From Felis catus (taxonomy: Eukaryota): DNA of 64,000 nt. The notes beneath the pieces were generated by a model that did not search any database, was not told the origin of the DNA, and was given only the letters and a program-made list of their open reading frames with translations. A program made the position numbers and the translations under genes. Within the stretch, counting starts at the first letter, position 1; every line of letters starts with the position of its first letter. The DNA is taken from positions 39,556,001 to 39,620,000 of the forward strand of contig NC_058369.1 of assembly GCF_018350175.1 (NCBI RefSeq). Reading direction: 5' to 3'. Positions 62,105 to 64,000 of the stretch are shown here, one piece after another.

Positions 62105-62712
62105 TTGTGATGTTTAATTTTATGTCTCAACTTGGTTGGGCCACAGTGCCCAAATATTTGGCCAACCATTATTTTGGATTTTTCCATGAGGGTATTTTCA
62201 GATGAGATAAACATTTATTTGTTTGTTTTTTTTTTAAGTAAGTATGGGGATATTGTATTGTATTGTATTTTTTTTCCCCTAAGAATTTATTTAAATTCAG
62301 GTTAGTTAACATATAGTGTAGTGTTGGTTTCAGGGTAGAATTTAGTAATTCATCACTTACATATAATAGCCAGTGCTCAGATGAGATAAACATTTAAATG
62401 AGCGGCATCTGATGAAACCAGATTGTCTCCCATAATGTGGAAGTGGGCCTCATCTAATCTGTTGAAGGCCTGAATACAACAAAAGTCTGACATCCCCCAA
62501 GCAAGAAAGAACTCTGCCAACAGATGGCCTTTGGACTTGCATTGCAATATTGGCTCTTCCTGGGTATCCATAATCAGGTAGGCCAATTCCTGAAACTTCT
62601 TCCTTCTCTTCCTTCCTTCTCTCTCTTTCTCTCTCAAAACAAAACAAAGCAAACAAACAAACAAAAACCCAGAACCTATTTGTTTTATTTCTCCTGAAAA
62701 TTCTATTACTAC
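62105..62712 (+). mobile_element. ERVL LTR (MLT2-type), split by a short L1
   Basis: tgtgatgtttaattttatgtctcaacttggttgggccacagtgcccaaatatttgg...gtgggcctcatctaatctgttgaaggcctgaata. Confidence 0.85.
62218..62376 (-). mobile_element. Very short 5'-truncated carnivore L1 3' end with extra 3' sequence
   Basis: Minus strand reads gcactggctattatatgtaagtgatgaattactaaattctaccctgaaacc...atgttaactaacctgaatttaaataaa; 20-bp direct repeat TCAGATGAGATAAACATTTA at 62198-62217 and 62377-62396. Confidence 0.88.
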
Positions 62713-63000
62713 ATCTAGTTACAAGGGAGGTTCAGAAAAATGAGTTTCTGGCTTAGACATTTTCAGACCCGTAAGATGAGAAATTCTACAAATAGACAAA
62801 AGGTGTTCTAGTTGCTGGGTGGCCAAAGAGTCTAACCAATATTTGCTATATTTATTATTTAAATAACCAAACATAAGCCATCTCTTCTATCAAGTTAAAC
62901 TTTTCCTCCATAACCATCTCTCTTCTCAATCCACAGAGAAGCACACAAAAAATAGTTTGATGTATGTATCTCAAGCTATTTTTTTCCAAGCTGTAGACTT

Positions 63001-63129
63001 TATTTTATTTGTTTGTTTACTTATTTACTTATTTATTCTAAGTAGGCTCCAGACTCCATGTGGGGCTCAAACTCACAACCCGAGATCAAGAATTGCATGC
63101 TCTACCAACTGAGCCAGCCAGGTGCCCCC
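63001..63129 (-). mobile_element. Short CAN-SINE
   Basis: taagtaggctcc...ggggctcaaactcacaacccgagatcaag...gagccagccaggtgcccc; TSD core ctgtagacttta. Confidence 0.88.
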
Positions 63130-64000
63130 AACCTGTAGACTTTAAATTAATGTATTTCAGGCGTGCACCTGGTAAGATTCCAGGGAATTCTACTTATATT
63201 TAAGCCTTTGCTCTACAGACACTTCAGTCTTTCTTCTGTATATAACTTCTTCCTTTAATTATGTACATTTGTAAATAATGAATGACATTTCCCTCAAGAG
63301 ACTTTCTAATTTTATCTGTTGATCCAAATTAAAGTCTGACCATAATTCCTTCTCTAGGGAATGATATTGTAAGCCTGTAAGTAAAGTTATAAGCATCATA
63401 GACCCAAGGGAGGAAGGTGGTAGTTCTTTCTTGGCAAGAAAAATCCCATGAAATCTCATTAATTCAGATTCCTTAAGGTTGGAATTTGTGATTATTCAAC
63501 CTTCCCTGGTTTGGAGTTTGCCTTTTCATTTTCTCTGAGCAAAGTGATTAAATAAAAAAGTCAAATTGCAAGGGGAATGTTTCAGTAGCTACAGCTTTAG
63601 ATGGCTTTAGCACACAATTTATTTGGGCCCAAATGGAATCTGCTATGTGGAAGTAATTATTTTTTTCCTAAGTTGAAAAGCAATGATGAGGACTGATTCT
63701 ATCATAGAATCTTCAAGAGTTTTCTGACAAGATTGCGGTAAAATTTTGTTCCTTGCTTTAAACAGCAAAGCTGGAATCTATGTGGGTCTTTGGACTCTTC
63801 TAAGAAACAGCATTCACCTAGGATTATGATTCAGGAACAATCCATGATCTAATGGAAGTGTCCAAGAGAAAAGAGACGCCAAAATGATTGCCAAAGTTGT
63901 TCTCTAAAAAGAAATTTACTAAAGAGAGAGCAAGCAAAATTAAAGCACAAGAAGATTATAATTATGAGTTCTTTGAGTATTTTATTTTATTTTTTAAAGA

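Noticed and set aside
1-64000. CRISPR arrays, operons or other prokaryote-type systems
   Set aside because: The sequence is mammalian. All direct repeats found are TSDs, microsatellites or minisatellites, with no repeat-spacer periodicity.

Overview
Mammalian, carnivore DNA, almost certainly a cat-family (Felidae) draft assembly: it carries many CAN-SINEs of the felid SINEC_Fc type and five short N-gaps. I see no intact protein-coding gene, structural RNA gene or convincing coding exon, so the window looks intergenic or deep-intronic. The ORF track is mostly antisense or in-repeat noise. The one gene-derived sequence is a processed (retro)pseudogene of YRDC (threonylcarbamoyl-AMP synthase, t6A pathway) on the minus strand at about 12428-13911. 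It has a 3'UTR, AATAAA signals, a poly(A) tail and a 14-bp target-site duplication (TSD), and it sits inside an old L2 element. The rest is a mosaic of about 38 CAN-SINEs, L1 and L2 fragments, MIRs, MaLR/ERVL LTRs and hAT DNA transposons (MER5, MER20, MER58). Points worth a second look are a short L1 with an apparent 3' transduction, a triplicated SINE target site, nested and inverted SINE pairs, near-consensus SINEs that may be polymorphic, and a few repeat-free candidate enhancers. The best of these is an OCT/AP-1/KLF motif cluster at about 38.7-39.3 kb. I found no supportable evidence for a new biological system. Repeat subfamily names and boundaries come from recognition by eye and need RepeatMasker/Dfam confirmation.
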